Assembly (NCBI GenBank): GCA_016748015.1
Contig: JAAOMT010000070.1
Coordinates: 364,761-428,760, forward strand
DNA from: Geosiphon pyriformis uo1
Lineage: Eukaryota > Fungi > Glomeromycota
DNA length: 64,000 nt
Direction of reading: 5' to 3'
Under the pieces are notes generated by a model that was not told where the DNA came from, ran no database searches, and saw only the letters and a list, made by a program, of their open reading frames with translations. Positions 39,601 through 51,200 of this stretch are shown in pieces. A program made the position numbers and the translations under genes. Numbering within the stretch: the first letter of the stretch is position 1; the number at the start of each line of letters is the position of its first letter.

Positions 39601-41355
39601 AATAGGTCAAGTGTTCATAAGAACTCCCTCCCACTCATAAGGCTTGGAGATCATAGACACCCAGGCTTCCTTTCAAGGACTGGGAACTGACTCATGGAGC
39701 AAACAAGAGTTCAAGAGCACCAACAACATATTCAGAACCAATTCGTCACAATGCTTTCAAAGCTCATTCAAAATACCAGACAAACCAGCAGCTTTATCAT
39801 TAGACAATTCTGAAACAACACCAAGCAATTCAATAGAACTAATAGGGTCCATTATTCTCGAAAATACATCATCAAATACATACTCCAAGGGTTGGTACTG
39901 GCAACACCAATCAGCAGAGATATCAGTGACCAACTCGCATTTTCTGGTCCAGCCTTCTATGATAACATCTACCTTAAATTTAACTAAACTAGGATCCAAA
40001 ACCAGTTTATTATCGACAACCAAGTGATCCAATACTACCTTGTGAAAAGAGTGCTCTAACACACTCTTAATTGTATGACCCTTATCCACCTCAAAACTTT
40101 CCATCCTCCTACTAACTGCTGATCTAATACGAGATTCTTTAGCATGCTTCGACTCGGACAATTTAGAGAAACGATACAACTTCCTGACTCTGAACAAAAC
40201 AGATCTTATGACCTCAAAATGCGACCCTGAAAGAAAAAGAGACTCCACCACAGAAGTATTTGTAGCGTTCAACAAGTTCCACGTACCCAGTAATACAACA
40301 AATTCCTTAGAGAAAACCAAACATGATGCTTTAACTAGTTTAAACACCAAAAGTTCTAACTTGTGAAACTTAGAAGATTTCTTAGTAAACACATTATTAT
40401 AACCCTTGAACCATTTCTTTTTGAAAACATCATTTGCTGATAAGCACACAATTTTGTGGATGATGTTCCATATAGCATCCAGATCCAGAAACAATAGAGC
40501 AGCATCAAACTCGCACTTAAATATTGCCGTGGTGGCAGCAGAAGATTCCTTGAATGCAGCCCATTTGGCAGTTGTGGCATCTTTAAAGTTGAACCTCCAA
40601 CGATTCTTATTTGCCTATTTGTGAAGGAACATCAAATTAACATCCAAAAGACCTCTCAGGTCCACGAAAACAATAACAGTTCTATGATTAGTATCAAAAT
40701 ATTCATCAACTCTGGTTACACTACAATCTAAGATTGCATTGACCAAGCTTAATGACACAAACACATAATCAATAGTCTTGGTTACTCCTCGAGAATTGGT
40801 CCAAGTTACATTCTTTCCAAACAAGCTCCTTCCTAAGACATTGACCAAACCCAAATCAAAACATTTCCTGAAACTAGTACACTTGTGAAAGCCATCTTCA
40901 TTGAAATCACCACCCAATATCATGAAAGAAGACTCATTAACAGCTTTAGTAATCAAAGAATTTATCTCATCCACTTGTGAGAAGCATGCAGATACTGAAG
41001 CACCAGCATACAAACCCAGAATCAACACTGAAAGCTTATTTTTGAAAAGCAGTTTGACAGACAAAAGACGACTAGAAACCTCAAAAACTTTACATACATG
41101 TTTTGCCAAAGTGTTGTTCATAATAATTGCCACACCAGAACCAAGGTAACCAGAATCCAAACCAGAAACAAAAACCTAAACACTATTGAATTTATTAGCA
41201 ATCCAAGGCCAAACCTTATCTTTTAACTTTGTTTCAATAATAATTGAAACCAAATTGTTCATATCTCTGTGCCAACGTACAATGTCCACTTGCTTTGCTG
41301 AATTGTTCATTTCCCTGACATTACATGTGGCTATTTTCCATACTAAATTATTTAT
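36664..41355 (-). pseudogene. LINE A ORF2
   Basis: Consecutive fragments carrying APE, RT, RNase H and zinc-finger motifs. Confidence 0.9.
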
Positions 41356-43232
41356 TGAAGTACAGAAGAGACTGCAGAACCCGAGCCAGCACACATCTGA
41401 TTTAATTTCTCCAATACCGAACAAACCAAAGCTTTGAGAGCCATTAACTTCGACTCCAAACATCCCACTTTCAAAGTTAAAATTTTTGAACTACTTGAAC
41501 CTAAACTTGAGGCACCAGAGGAAACCGAAAAAGGAGGAAGAACCACAGACTTAGGTTCATTCAAAACCATATCCGAACCAAATTTCAAATTAACCGACCT
41601 AGGGACAACTAAGGACTGAGAGGAGAAGGCAAAAGCCAAGAACACCAGGTTTAAACTGTTAGGTTTGTCAACAATACCAGACATTTTATCCATGAAAAGT
41701 TTCAAAGAGTGCTCCAAAGAAGTGAGACAAGTTTCCAAAAATGAACTAACAGAACCCGTAGGAGACAAGTGATCAACCACACCTGAGGCACCAAAAGAAG
41801 AGCCAAAACCAGGACCAGAACCAAAGTGAGGACCATTAGACGAAGATACCAGAAAGACAACCTGGACCCATGATTTGCCGCCGAATGCAGCTGGTCTGGA
41901 AATAAGCACACTTTTTTTCACATACAGCTTGGCCAACTGGAGGCAATTCTCATCAGAGACAACTCTTTTAAATGACTTGGAAAGAGTAAGAGAGGTTGAG
42001 GTTTCAGCATCACACTTTAGAACAGAATGATCAAGTTTCCCATACTGTTCGCACTGAACCATGTCCAATCTAGCCCAAGACAGTCTCACTCTACCAAAAA
42101 TAGGCTCTGTACAAAATGCAGACTCCAATTCCTTGTCATTCTCAAAACAAACCACAGCACAATAAACCCTATTACCAGTGTCTAAGAATCGATTTATGAC
42201 ACAAGTTTTCCCACCAGCCCCTACCAAAAGATCGCCAAGATCATGAACTGTTGTTTCCACTGGCAAAGTAAATAAAAGCATCTTATACTGATCTCTAGAT
42301 GCTTATGTCTTATGATCCCTTACAGCTTTGACCACATGCACTGAATCTTTCCTGATTAAGAATGACTACTTAGTTGCCAACTGATCTGCCTGACTCGATT
42401 TGGCAAACTCTACTACAGCTTTCTGTCACAGCCCAATGAGTTACAATTGGATTGACACCATTTAACCAAACTCGGATACTGCGGCAACAATCATTTCTTT
42501 TGGCGTATCCATAGGAATTTCCTTGATGACTATGGCCCGATCTGAGCGAACTCCTTGTCTTTTAAGATCACTGTTTATTATGATGTTATTTTTCCCAGCC
42601 AATAAGACGGCTTTTTCCATGCTTTCTGATGAAGTAAATGTCGATTTGATGATCTCTTCAAATTTTGAGGCAGTAGTGGCCCCCCCAAAACCATTGATTT
42701 CTGAAAATAATTTTCTTATAACCTGAGTTTTGGCCATTGCCGATTTCTCTTCTACAGCTGAAAGATCAATGTCCAAAGCAAAAGATTTTTTCACAGACAC
42801 CTCAACCTGAGTTTTAACAATTTTAGGATCAATCCACTTTTTATCTAGAGGGATAGACACATGAAGGGAAAGCATAATTTCATCATTATCTATAGTGAAG
42901 TCAGGAGAGCCAAGTAGAGATCCAAACATTGTGCCAGTATTAACACGTTTTGCCTTGAGAGTGGTTGTAGCTGAACCCAAAAGAGACCCTCCATGTACAC
43001 CTGTTATGCCAACATCCTTATCATTACCAGACAAACTATCCACATTAGAGTACATACTATTACCAGGTTCAGATTTACCTAAAGAGATATCTCTCTCATC
43101 ACCAGAGTGTTTAACATTGCCAAGAACCACCCTTTTTTTCTGAGCAAAAGAACCACCAGCAGAACCATGGAAAGCACCTTTGGGTGCCTTTTTTTTTGAC
43201 ATATCACCACTCGAAGCAGTTTTCAAATCCAT
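41352..43232 (-). pseudogene. LINE A ORF1 (gag-like, with a decayed CCHC)
   Basis: ORFs 42462-43232 and 41352-42281; CEQYGKLDHSVLKC; homologous to 61534-63442. Confidence 0.85.
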
Positions 43233-43749
43233 GACGAAGAGGTTATTGTTTAAGGAAATGTTGAAAGAAAACTAACAAGAAAAAATAAAAAACTTCTTTT
43301 TCAGAAAATGCACTTTTTGAGGATTTTTGGAGGTAAGAGAGAAAGAAGTTTCTTTTTAATTAAAAAAATTGAAATAAAAATAATAAAAAAAAAACAAAAC
43401 AAAAAACTTTTTTTTTAAAAATATGCTTTTAAAAAATTTTAAATATAAGAAAAAAAAAAAATTTTTAATTTAAATAATTAATTATACATAAATAAATATA
43501 TTAAGTTTTGTTTATTTTAAAATATTTATTGTTATATTACAATAAATATTATTTATTAAAATAAAATAATATAAAATTTTAAAAATAAGATAAAATAATT
43601 AAAATATTAAAATTAATACAAAATATTTTGTATTATTAAAAACCTGTTTTTATTTTTAAGTTAAAATTGTTTTTTTATTTAATTAAAATATTTTTTATTA
43701 AATATATAAATTTAAATTATTGTTGTAATTTACTTTTATTTATTTATTA

Positions 43750-44660
43750 ATATTAACTTTAATTATAATTATTAATAAAATACAATTTTTATTTTTATTT
43801 ATTTTAAAATTAATTTATTAAATAAAAATAATATTATATATAGTTTAAGAAAAAACATATATATTTATAAGCATAAAATAAAATTAAATTTAAAAAAGTT
43901 TAAATAAATTTTAAAAAAAATTATAAATTAATTTATTAAATAAAACTTATATTTACAAATATGCAACTAAAATCAATAATTATAAAACATGTAAAAAATT
44001 ATTATTATAATTTTATAACTTAATAAAATCTTTGTTTTTTATAAAAAATTCAATATTTAAACTTTTAAACTTTTAAATATTTTAAATTTTGACAAGTACT
44101 AAATTATAAAAATTGATTCAAAAATAATACTTGTAATATTTGGTGCTTTTTATAAGATATAAATCATAAAAAACATAATATTACTAAAAAAAAATCAAAA
44201 AATAACAAACCAAGTTAATATTTTAAGATTTAATTAAGTATTATATAATTACTATAAAAAATTTTTTTTGGGTAAAATTATTATTTAATTAAAAAAAATT
44301 TTTACCAAAAACTTTTATAATATTTAATTTTTCTAACAATAAAAGTTTTTACAAAAACAATTATTTCAATTTATATTAGTAAAGTCAAAAACATCCAAGC
44401 TAAAAGTAAAAATAATTCTGAATTAGAATTTAAAACTGCAAATCAACAAAAACTAAAAACATTTGTTGCCATTCCAAAATAAAAATCAAATTAACCACTA
44501 GTTTTTAAACAACAAATCTATTCACCTGACAAACTGTTATATTACAAATTTGTTGAAAAAAATATTTTTATTATTAACAAAACCAACTCCAAAAACACTG
44601 AATTATCAGAACTCTCTGAAAAAGAATATCCCCGAACCCGATCTTAAATCCACTAGTAAT
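43750..44660 (+). mobile_element. Extremely eroded Gypsy relic: LTR end, PBS and start of gag
   Basis: TGTAATA (44132-38) followed by TTTGGTGCTTTTTATAAG; upstream sequence resembles 7530-7671; 44410-44540 resembles gag NQQKLET..QRIYSP of element 3. Left edge uncertain. Confidence 0.55.
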
Positions 44661-44739
44661 CTCGGATTATAGAGATTGTGAAAGTACAAATAAACATGCA
44701 GCCATAACCCTAGGGTCTTTAACATGCATGCAGTTTCCA

Positions 44740-44820
44740 TCATGCAAATGAAACAAACAAACAAGCCCTTGACCAATCATCCTCCGATAATCTAATTGGC
44801 AAGATTATTGAATAAAAATT
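44740..44820 (+). promoter_or_regulatory. Putative Pol II promoter of the structured ncRNA
   Basis: ATGCAAAT at 44742, CCAAT at 44773, ATTGG at 44795 and AATAAAAA at 44811, all just before the structured region. Confidence 0.35.
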
Positions 44821-44824
44821 GAAG

Positions 44825-46011
44825 CAAGCGAGTGTTCTTTGGTTCTTTGGTTCTTTCCGATGTTTCATTTGTTGCTGTACATAAGGTTAACGCGAATCGT
44901 AAAGCACTCTTTTAACCTAACCCTAACCAAGAGTTGAGTATACCCGCTCCCACAAGAGCATCAGAAGTGTATCGTTGTCCTTTTCAGGCCAAACGCATTT
45001 CATACTCGTCGGTCGCTTAGACCTGCAACGGTTGACTGGCCAGCAACCGTTTGTGGGTCTTAGACTGCATCTGTTCCCAGATTCGATCGATTTTAAGTCT
45101 TTACAATTCGCGTAAGGGCAAGATAAGGGTGGTTGCGCCAACTGTAGCTCTGCCGTTAGGTGTACTCTACGGTTGTCAGTCTCTCTTGATTTGCTACCTT
45201 TGAACTTGGGTAACTTTGTTTATTGGGGCTCACCAAGGATTTCTGAGCCTATTCCAAGGCTAGACGTAATCATCTGAATTGTCCAGACCTAATTTATGGT
45301 CCTCTTGTGGCTTGTCTTGTGGAGGTTTGTGAAACAAATCTTCATTCGGCTTGTCACTTGTTGGAGTTCTTCCATTGGGATAAGCATTCGATCAGTGAAT
45401 TGCCTTTCATTTATTGCTGTACATGAGGTTAACGGGAAACGTAAAACCACTCGTCGGTTGCTTAGACCTGCGATGGTATTTATAATTCGCGTAAGGGCAA
45501 GATAAGGGTGGTTGCGCCAACTGTAGCTCTGCACTTAGGTGTACTCTATGGTTGTCAGTCTCTCTTGGTGTGCTTCCTTTGAACTTAGGTAACTTTGTTC
45601 ATTGGGGGTCATCAGTGATTTCTGAGGCCATTCCAAAGCCAGACGTAATCATCTGAATTGTCCAGATCTAATATATGGTCCTCTTGTGGCTTGTCTTGTC
45701 TTGTGGAGGTTTGCGCCCTCTCCAGAATTGTCATTGTCACGATGAAAATAAAGGCAACTCAACTTAAACCATCAAAACCTGACATTCTGGCAGAAGCAGA
45801 TCTCTATTCGACTTGTCTGTCACTTGTTGGAGTTCTTCCAGTGGGATAAGCATCCGATCAGTGAATGGTAGGATTGGATCCTACCCAGTCTTTATGCTAC
45901 TACCTCATCGTGGTGACTGGTGACAACAGGATGATATCATTTCATTCTGGCTAAACGTAGCAATGTTTCTTCTCTTTGGATCGGAAGATGCGGGATCGTG
46001 TTTCCACATAT
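44825..46011 (+). ncRNA. Candidate telomerase RNA (long structured ncRNA)
   Basis: CCTAACCCTAACC at 44916-44928; boundary-type stem AGGTTAA/TTAACCT just 5' of it; many hairpins; no credible ORF; CpGs retained; P6.1-like AGGA-TTGGA-TCCT at 45870-82; possible H box at 45923-28 and ACA at 46006-08. No pseudoknot identified; ends are estimates. Confidence 0.5.
44863..45866 (+). repeat. Diverged tandem duplication: unit A 44863-45400, unit B 45405-45866
   Basis: Long shared blocks such as AATTCGCGTAAGGGCAAGATAAGGGTGGTTGCGCCAACTGTAGCTCTGC and AGACGTAATCATCTGAATTGTCCAGA, with block indels between the units. Confidence 0.95.
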
Positions 46012-46719
46012 CCTTTTCTTACAAATCAATAGCGATGGCCTGAAAGAATTACCGTAATTTGCTGCATAAAAGACTCCCCTTATTGTAGATCCAATTATGT
46101 ATCACAAATTGTTTAACTTCCAACATTTTAATTTACAATTCCAAGGTATTATTTTCAGCAAACACAAAAAGGTTGAGCTTTGTATGTAAATAAACAGGCA
46201 GTAAAACCGAAAAACCTACAGGCCTACTAGATGATTTTTAACTTCCCAAAGAATACGTGAAAGTTAAAGGAGCACACAAGTAAACAGGTCAGTGATGGTT
46301 CCGAAGCGCCTGCATAGACAGATGAATTTCAAGACTTTCATAGAGTAAATCAAAATTTTCAAGCATTGTATGAGCTGTTACTGTTGGTAAAAATTTACAA
46401 TATTGAACCATTCAATGTCACCAAATGATGATAAATGCCGAAACATTTATTAGAAGCTTTGGGAAAAATGTTATAAAACATTTGCCGTTTCATCAACACC
46501 ATCTGTCTAATACGTTACTGAACTGTCAGATATTATCATAGATCCTGGGCCATCTAATTTGAAGTATAAAAGTGAGAGACTAATCTTTAACTGGTTTGGC
46601 CGCCACTAAACTCTGATTACTCAAAAAATTTTAAATTCTGATTCAAGAAAACAGTAATATTGAATATGCTTCCGTAAGATTCATTATTTGAAATGAGATA
46701 CTAAATTTCCTCTAAATCC

Positions 46720-49700
46720 TTATTCCGCTTCTTCCTCTTCATCAAAATCAATGTCCCCCTCTTCTTCCTCTTCTTCATTCATGTCAAATATTAAAATCTT
46801 ACGCGAGTCTTCACTCAATAAACATATCTCTTTACCATTGCTGGTTGCTAGCTTTGTTGGCCGAAATTGAGTTATAGGGCGCGATTTGGAAAATTCAATA
46901 ATGGGACATTCATCAACATTCTAAGAAAGTAAAAAATTAAAAGGTTGAATTTTTAAGACAACCGTCTAATAGTATACAATGATTCGTAACCTACCAGTTT
47001 AGCTTGCTCTACGGGATTTTCAAAATCTCTTTGGGATATATAATTTAAATCCCTATAGTTTAACTCGGCCAAGTAATTTACCTCGATACCTAATAAAATC
47101 GAAACTTAGATCATGTTTGAATATTTTTATCAGGAAAATATAGTGTTGATTATACACCGTTTTCATCGTTTTGCCTCGTCAACATTATTAATCTTCTATC
47201 ATTAAAAAATTGAAGATCGATGACAGTAACGATATTATCCGAACCCGCTTCCGTTGTGAGTTTAAGGCAAGCCAGCTCACAAGTGTTATCTTTGTAAATT
47301 CCTTCAACGGGATTTTGGGCGTCACGAGGAAGTAGAAATCTTATTACCCATACTAAGAATGGGGCGAAATATTAAATCTTGACATAAAATAGTTAAAATA
47401 TTAAAATGATATTTATTACTTACACGTGTTTCCATTAAATTTGGAGAGAGAATCTGGTAAAAAAAAGGCAACGTATTGATGGATCACTAATTCCTAAATA
47501 ATAATTGGAAACTTAAAAAGATGTTAAACACCTAAGAAACAAGTTTTCCTTATTTTGAGAGTATACCTCGACAAAGATTTTTGCATCAATTATGAATTTG
47601 GTGCCTAAATGAGCATCCTGAGATTCACCGTCCTCATGCGCTTCAGCTTTCTCAAGATATTCATTAGTAGTTAAATTCAATATTGTGATCGACTTACTCG
47701 CCACTACAGATTTTGCCACCTTATTGGCAGTCGAAGCATATATAGTTGCACACTGATTGGCTATATTATCAATAAACCAACGAAGGTTGTTGGAAGTACC
47801 ATTTTCTCCATTTGGTATATTGATCTGGGTAAAGTCGTAAGGATATGCGCAAAAGCTATCAGCTAAAATTGATTGAAAAATTAAAGAATGTTGGAGATTA
47901 ATTCAATAAAGTTGAAAATTTTGAATCAGTTTATTGCTTGAAAAATATTTCACCCAAAATATCATCGACACTTTTTGATCTGGTGACTGGTGTAGTCAAT
48001 ATCGAAGCTTCTGAAAGACCCTCAATTTCAACGGCGGCTACGGTTGAGGAATTCTCAACAAAATATTGATCCAGCACGTCCTTTTCCAGTGAATTTTTCA
48101 AATATGAAGCAACTTTGTCAACATCACAATGTGTTGGCGCTTCTGGACCAGAACCATGATCCATTGATATTAGGTTTTCAAATTCTGTGATTTCAAAAAT
48201 GATCAACACTTTCTGCAAAAAGAAACATTTATATATGAAAATTTAGTTAATACTAGCCGGCTTGAAGCCATTCTTGAAACTCCATGAAATTTTGATATTC
48301 GCGCTCAATTGCCAATAGCAACTCTTCCAAACGGTTGATCATATATCCGGTTAGGAGTACACAAGAGTGGACAAATTTTTCTGTGAGCCCAAGTTGATCG
48401 AATTTTTGGGGCCTTATGAAGTTTCCAATTAATTAAAGAAGATACTAGCGAATAGCTTTACATCAATGATTATTTACCACTTACTATACCCGACAAGTGC
48501 GGTAAGTTGTAATAGCAGTCTCTCGCAACCAGGCCGCACATAGTCATGCACAAATTCACGGATTTGTTCGAGACTTTTGAGACCCTTGTTATCCCAATCT
48601 TTCAGCCCCTATTAATAATAAGAATCAGGTAAGAATTGAAATTTAGGATTTTCTAAGGATCGTTTACCCTTTTAGTTAACCGGTTTTCGATGTACTCGCT
48701 CAATATGATGCTTGGTTTCCCTGTTGCGAGCAAACGCGCGAATTCTGATGCCAAGGTAGTATTCGCTTTTAGCCCCATTTATGATCACACGCCACATCAT
48801 AAATAAAGCAAGTAGTTTTATCTGATTTTTGTTACGTATAGTCTAGTGTTCCTTAAAAAAATATTAAGAAGCCTTACAACTATGGTTTCCTAAAACCTCT
48901 TGAAAAGGAAATGTGTAAGCTTTGGCTGATTCTTTCATGTGATTGTATTGTGACTGCATTTGCTTAAGTCCTTCCACAATGTAATTGATTAAATACTTGA
49001 TTATTGTATATCTTTGGGACAGGATGCGTATTTCAGGTTTGTGAGAATGAAGCAAGCCAGTATCCAAGGTTAACTCAATGTAGTGATTCGGCCGTTTTAA
49101 TACAGAAGTCAATTGTGAAGAGTTGCTTTCGCCATCCATTAAAATCAAAAGGTTTAGAAGAGAGAGATCAGGTGTAACTGACGCATTTAAAATTCGTGCC
49201 CTCTGATGAAGATGGTACAGTTAAAATCAAATCAGCTGTTGCGAAGCAGATCAAAAATTTCAGACCAAGTCCAAGAGCTCTTACCATTGATTTAGTATGT
49301 TCTAGCAATGATATCGATTCAAGATTATATATTCCGTAAACACTAAAAATTCAATATTAATTTTATTGATTGAATAGGATGAAATTGAAGAACCGGTCAA
49401 TAGTTTAACTAACTCCGAAGAAAATGATTCTCACCTCAAATGCAAGTTGCCATCCGCATCCCCAGCTACAAGTAAATCAATCGATTTAGTTTTTTCGTCC
49501 TCAAAATTTTCCCCATCAACTTCAGACGGATATCCAAGTACTTTGCTTGAAGATTTATAAATTTAAAAATAATTGTTAGAAAATAGAAGGAATGAGGATT
49601 ATTATCCGGTAATCGATAATGGGTTACCTGATTTTGGATCCAGGGATAGTGCTCAAACGTGGCATGTATTTCTCAGCTGGATGAGTGCTCGAGTAATTTA

Positions 49701-50342
49701 TTTCCTATTTAAATGATCAGATGGTTGTCAAACAAACAACCATAGTTGAGGCAAAGTGTGCACTTTTGGTAGATTTTCAACCTCTGAAGGATAAAACATG
49801 CTTGTCGTTTGGGAATCATCATCGCCTTTATCTACTAGCCATGTAAGAAAATTTATTGCAGATATTTTTTCAGCATCGTTTGTCCATTGTGATGATGGTG
49901 ACAAAAGAAGTGACGCGGGTTTTTGAAATAATTCATGAATCATTTCGCTGGTGTCAACGTTAAAAAGTCTGACTATCCCGCTTGAATAACCAATTGCGAG
50001 AACTTTACCTTAAAGAGTAGAAGAACAATCAATTGATTAATAGGCCGTCATGAAGATTGAATTCAAAAAGTTTTTAAGACCAATTAGGAGAAAGAGACCT
50101 AGACACATACCATCAGGTCTCCAGGCTAACGCCTCAACTTTTTCCGAGTTAAAACTACGTGCTGGCAGCGTCCATATTTTCTCTAACGCCTCAAACCACC
50201 GGGCTATCCAAACCTCCCCACCTTGAGTAGAAACAGCGATCAGATCCATAGTTGGACATGTGGTTAAAAGTTGTATCGGCTCTTTCACACCATGTTGATT
50301 CATAAGACGATAGGCAACTCGGCCATCTTGAGGGGAATCCAT
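46720..50342 (-). CDS. APC4: Anaphase-promoting complex subunit 4 (multi-exon)
   Basis: N-terminal WD40 signature TCPTMDLIAV...LAWRPDG|KVLAIGYSSG; GT-AG introns; acidic C-terminus ..IFDMNEEEEEEGDIDFDEEEEAE* ending at 46720. Confidence 0.9.
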
Positions 50343-51200
50343 AATAAAAATCGGCTGAACACACTACCGTGTTTCCGCCTTCCACACGTCAAAATTAAAA
50401 CAATAATTAAATTTTTTTGTATAATTTTTTTAATTATTATTAACGTTATTATTTTATATAATAATAATTTTAAAATTAATATTTTATATTTAATAAAAAC
50501 TTTTAATATTATTATAAGTATTAAAATTTAAATTATTTGGTTTTAATTTATAAACTTCTTTTTTTAATTTAATTAAATGTATTTTTAAGCTGTTTATTGT
50601 GTTTAAAATTGTTATAACTGTTTTGTTAATTTTGTTTTTTATGTTTAAATACTTAATTTGTTATATTTTATTTTAAATAATAAATTTTAATTTCTTTAAA
50701 AATTCAAATGCAAAATTTAATGTACTTGGTAAAAACTAATTAATTGTTTAATAATATAAATTATCTTTTTTTTGGCTGTTAAAAAACAAGTTTAATTTAA
50801 AGATTAATAATTGGTTTTTTTTAGCAGTTTGCTTACTGGTTTAATAAAAGACTTTGTAGATAAAGGTAATATATTAAATTATTGTTATAATTATGTAACA
50901 ATTAATAATAATAATAATAAATAATTTTGGCATAAATGTATATGATTTAATTTTTTTTTGTTTAAAATTTTTTAACCAATTGCAATCAATTTTTATAAAA
51001 AGCAAATGTGTTTGTTCAAAAATAAAAATTAATTGAATATTATATTTTGACCTTTTGAATGCTAAGAACCTAGCTTGAACTTTTAACTATCAAAATTAGT
51101 GACTTTTACGTAACCAGCACTTTTTTTTACAACCAATTTTCATTATTTGCTCTTTCAAACTCAACCTTTTCGCTGCCCCTAGGGCTTTGGACCTTGAGCA

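Larger units (their letters stand above)
36531..43351 (-). mobile_element. Full-length non-LTR retrotransposon (LINE A): ORF1 plus ORF2 (APE-RT-RNase H-CCHC), inactivated by stops
   Basis: APE (ATCNVRE, GGDFNE, TIDYVF, TNHR), RT (GLDQEEVFS, FVNDT from FVDDT, YLGI), RNase H (VYTNRS, LFSDSQ, KVKRHSGVIGND), CLYC..H...C finger, and a poly(A) tail at 36531-36543. Confidence 0.93.

Noticed and set aside
44705-44714. TAACCCTAGG as a second telomeric motif
   Set aside because: Only 8 nt in register and upstream of the promoter-like motifs; compatible with chance.
45224-45232. GGGGCTCA resembling RNase MRP CR-V
   Set aside because: The partner GAAAGUCCCC (CR-I) is absent and the motif is altered in unit B.
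45610-45616. CUGAUGA on the minus strand suggesting a hammerhead ribozyme or viroid-like dimer
   Set aside because: No correctly spaced GAAA/NUH core, and the motif is not conserved in unit A.
44923-45849. Short ORFs (63-81 aa) in the structured island
   Set aside because: No recognisable motifs, and frames are not preserved between the two repeat units.
47839-47848. ATATCCTT on the minus strand as a U12 AT-AC intron donor in APC4
   Set aside because: It lies in an open exon frame (CAYPYDFTQ) just after a normal AG acceptor.
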